Of a stretch of 64,000 nt of DNA, positions 61,977-64,000 are shown in pieces. Every line of letters starts with the position of its first letter. Position 1 is the stretch's first letter. Location of the stretch: NCBI RefSeq assembly GCF_009914755.1, contig NC_060935.1; one strand, 5' to 3'. The notes under the pieces were generated by a model. It searched no databases. It was not told the origin of the DNA and worked only from the letters and a program-made list of their open reading frames with translations. The translations under genes were made by a program, and so were the position numbers. Origin of the DNA: the human T2T-CHM13v2.0 reference genome, Homo sapiens.

Positions 61977-63811
61977 TTCCATTGGTCTATTTATCTGTTT
62001 TCGTACCAGTACCATGCTATTTTGGTTACTGTAGCCTTGTAGTATAGTTTGAAGTCAGGTAGTCTGATGTCTCCAGCTCTGTTCTTTTTACTTAGGATTG
62101 TCTTGGCTATATGGGTTCTTTTATGGTTCCATATGAAATTTCAAGTAGCTTTTTTTCTAATTCTGTGACGAAAGTCAGTGGTAATTTGATGGTGATAGCA
62201 TTGAATCTCTAAATTACTTTGGGCAGTATGGCCATTTTCACAATATTGATTCTTCCTCTCCTTGAGCAAAGCATGTTTTTCCATTTGTTTGTGTTCTCTC
62301 TTATTTCCTTGAGCAGTGGTTTGTAGTTCTCCTTGAAGAGGTCCTTCACATCCTTTGTAAGTTATATTCCTAGATATCTTATTGTCTTTGTAGCAAGTGT
62401 GAATGGGAGTTCACTCAGGATTTGGCTCTCTGTTTGTCTATTATTGGTGTATAGGAATGCTTGTGATTTTTGCACATTGGCCTCAGAAATAATCCCACAC
62501 ATCTACAACCATCTGATCTTTGACAAACCTGACAAAAACAAGCAATGGGGAAAGGATACCCTATTTAATAAATGGTGTTGGGAAAACTGGCTAGCCATAT
62601 ACAGAAAACTGAAACTGGACCCCTTCCTTACACCTTATACAAAAATTAACGCAAGATAGATTAAAGACTTAAACGTAAGACCTAAAACCATAAAAACCCT
62701 AAGAATACCTAGGCAGTACCATTCAGGACATAGGCATGGGCAAAGACTTCATGACTAAAACACCAAAAGCAAGGGCAACAAAAGCCAAAATTGACAAATG
62801 GGACCTAATTAAACTAAAGAGCTTCTGCACAGCAAAAGAAGCTATCATCAGAATGAACAGGCAACTTACAGGATGGGAGAAAATTTTTGCAATCTATCCA
62901 TCTGATGCAGGGCTAATATCCAGAACTACAAAGAACTTAAACAAATTTACAAGAAAAAAACAACCCCCTCAAAAAGTAGGCGAAGGATATGAACAGACAC
63001 TTCTCAAAAGAAGACATTTATGCAGCCAACAAACATATGAAAGAAAGCTCACAATCACTGGTCATTAGAGAAATGCAAATCAAAACCACAATGAAATACC
63101 ATCTCATGCCAGTTAGAGTGGTGATCATTAAAAAGTCAGGAAACAACAGATGCTGGAGGGGATGTGGAGAAATAGGAACACTTTTACACTGTTGGTAGGG
63201 GTGTAAATTACTTCAACCATTTACACTTAGAAGACAGTGTGGCGATCCCTCAAGGATCTAGAACCAGAAATAACATTTGACCCAGCAGTCCCATTACTGG
63301 GTATATACATAAAGGGTTATAAATCATTTTACTATAAAGACACGTGCACACATATGTTTATTGCAGCACTGTTCACAATAGCAAAGACTTGGAACCAACC
63401 CAAATGCCCATCAATGATTAACTGGATAAAGAAAATGTGGCACATACACACCAAGGAATACTATGCATCCATAAAAAAAGATGAGTTCATGTCCTTTGCA
63501 GGTACATGAATGAAGCTGGAAACCATCATTCTCAGCAAACTAACACAGGAACAGAAAACCAAATACCACATGTTGGCACTTATAAGTGGAAGTTGAACAA
63601 TGAGAACACATGGACACAGGGAGGGGAACATCACACGTCGGGGGCCTGTCAGGTGGTGGGGGACTAGGGGAGGGATAACATTAGGAGAAATATCTAATGT
63701 AGATGATGGGTTGATGAGTGTGGCAAACCACTATGGCACATGTATACCTATGTAACAAACCTGCACGTTCTGCACATGTATCCCAGGACTTAAGGTATAA
63801 TAATAAAAAAA
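61977..63811 (+). mobile_element. L1PA (about PA7-like), 5'-truncated with 5' inversion
   Basis: Antisense ORF2 segment 61977-62479 joined to sense ORF2 3' part and 3'UTR 62479-63811 (disrupted ORF2 peptides [12 protein letters not shown].., [16 protein letters not shown]..); AATAAA and short A-tail. Confidence 0.93.
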
Positions 63812-64000
63812 TGCTTCAGATAAATAAGACTGAGCTAACTAACCTCTCACAGAAAAAAAACAAAAACAAAAAAATAAAGTAAAATGGATTATTCCCTGCA
63901 GCCAGAAGGCTGTGAAACAGAACCTTTAGTTTCTTATTCTCCTCAGTTCATAGGACATTTAGGTGCAGCTATTGTCATCAGTTACACATGAAGAAACTTG

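Noticed and set aside
62333-63509. L1 ORF2-like peptides, including chimeric ORFs across inversion junctions (also 33742-34146)
   Set aside because: 5'-truncated, frameshifted, promoterless L1 remnants; not functional CDS.

Overview
This is primate (most likely human) AT-rich non-coding DNA, intergenic or deep intronic, and dominated by interspersed repeats. These include 15 Alus, a solo LTR12 (ERV9), MLT2A, ERV1/MER4-group LTRs, several solo MaLR LTRs, two complete MaLR proviruses (MST-type on - and THE1-type on +), two 5'-inverted (twin-primed) L1PA insertions, old L1M/HAL1, L2 and MIR fragments, and DNA transposons (MADE1, MER1A, MER5). No protein-coding gene, RNA gene or CRISPR array can be supported; the recognisable ORFs in the track are repeat-derived, and the rest look like chance ORFs. 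I found no evidence for a new biological system. The structure worth a second look is mutational or possibly regulatory: an old ~300-bp inverted duplication, a 69-bp locally copied segment, two fold-back template-switch mutations, atypical retrotransposition junctions, and a candidate 24-nt microexon and LTR12-driven spliced transcript. Subfamily names come from recalled consensus sequences, not a database search, and the boundaries of old repeats are approximate.
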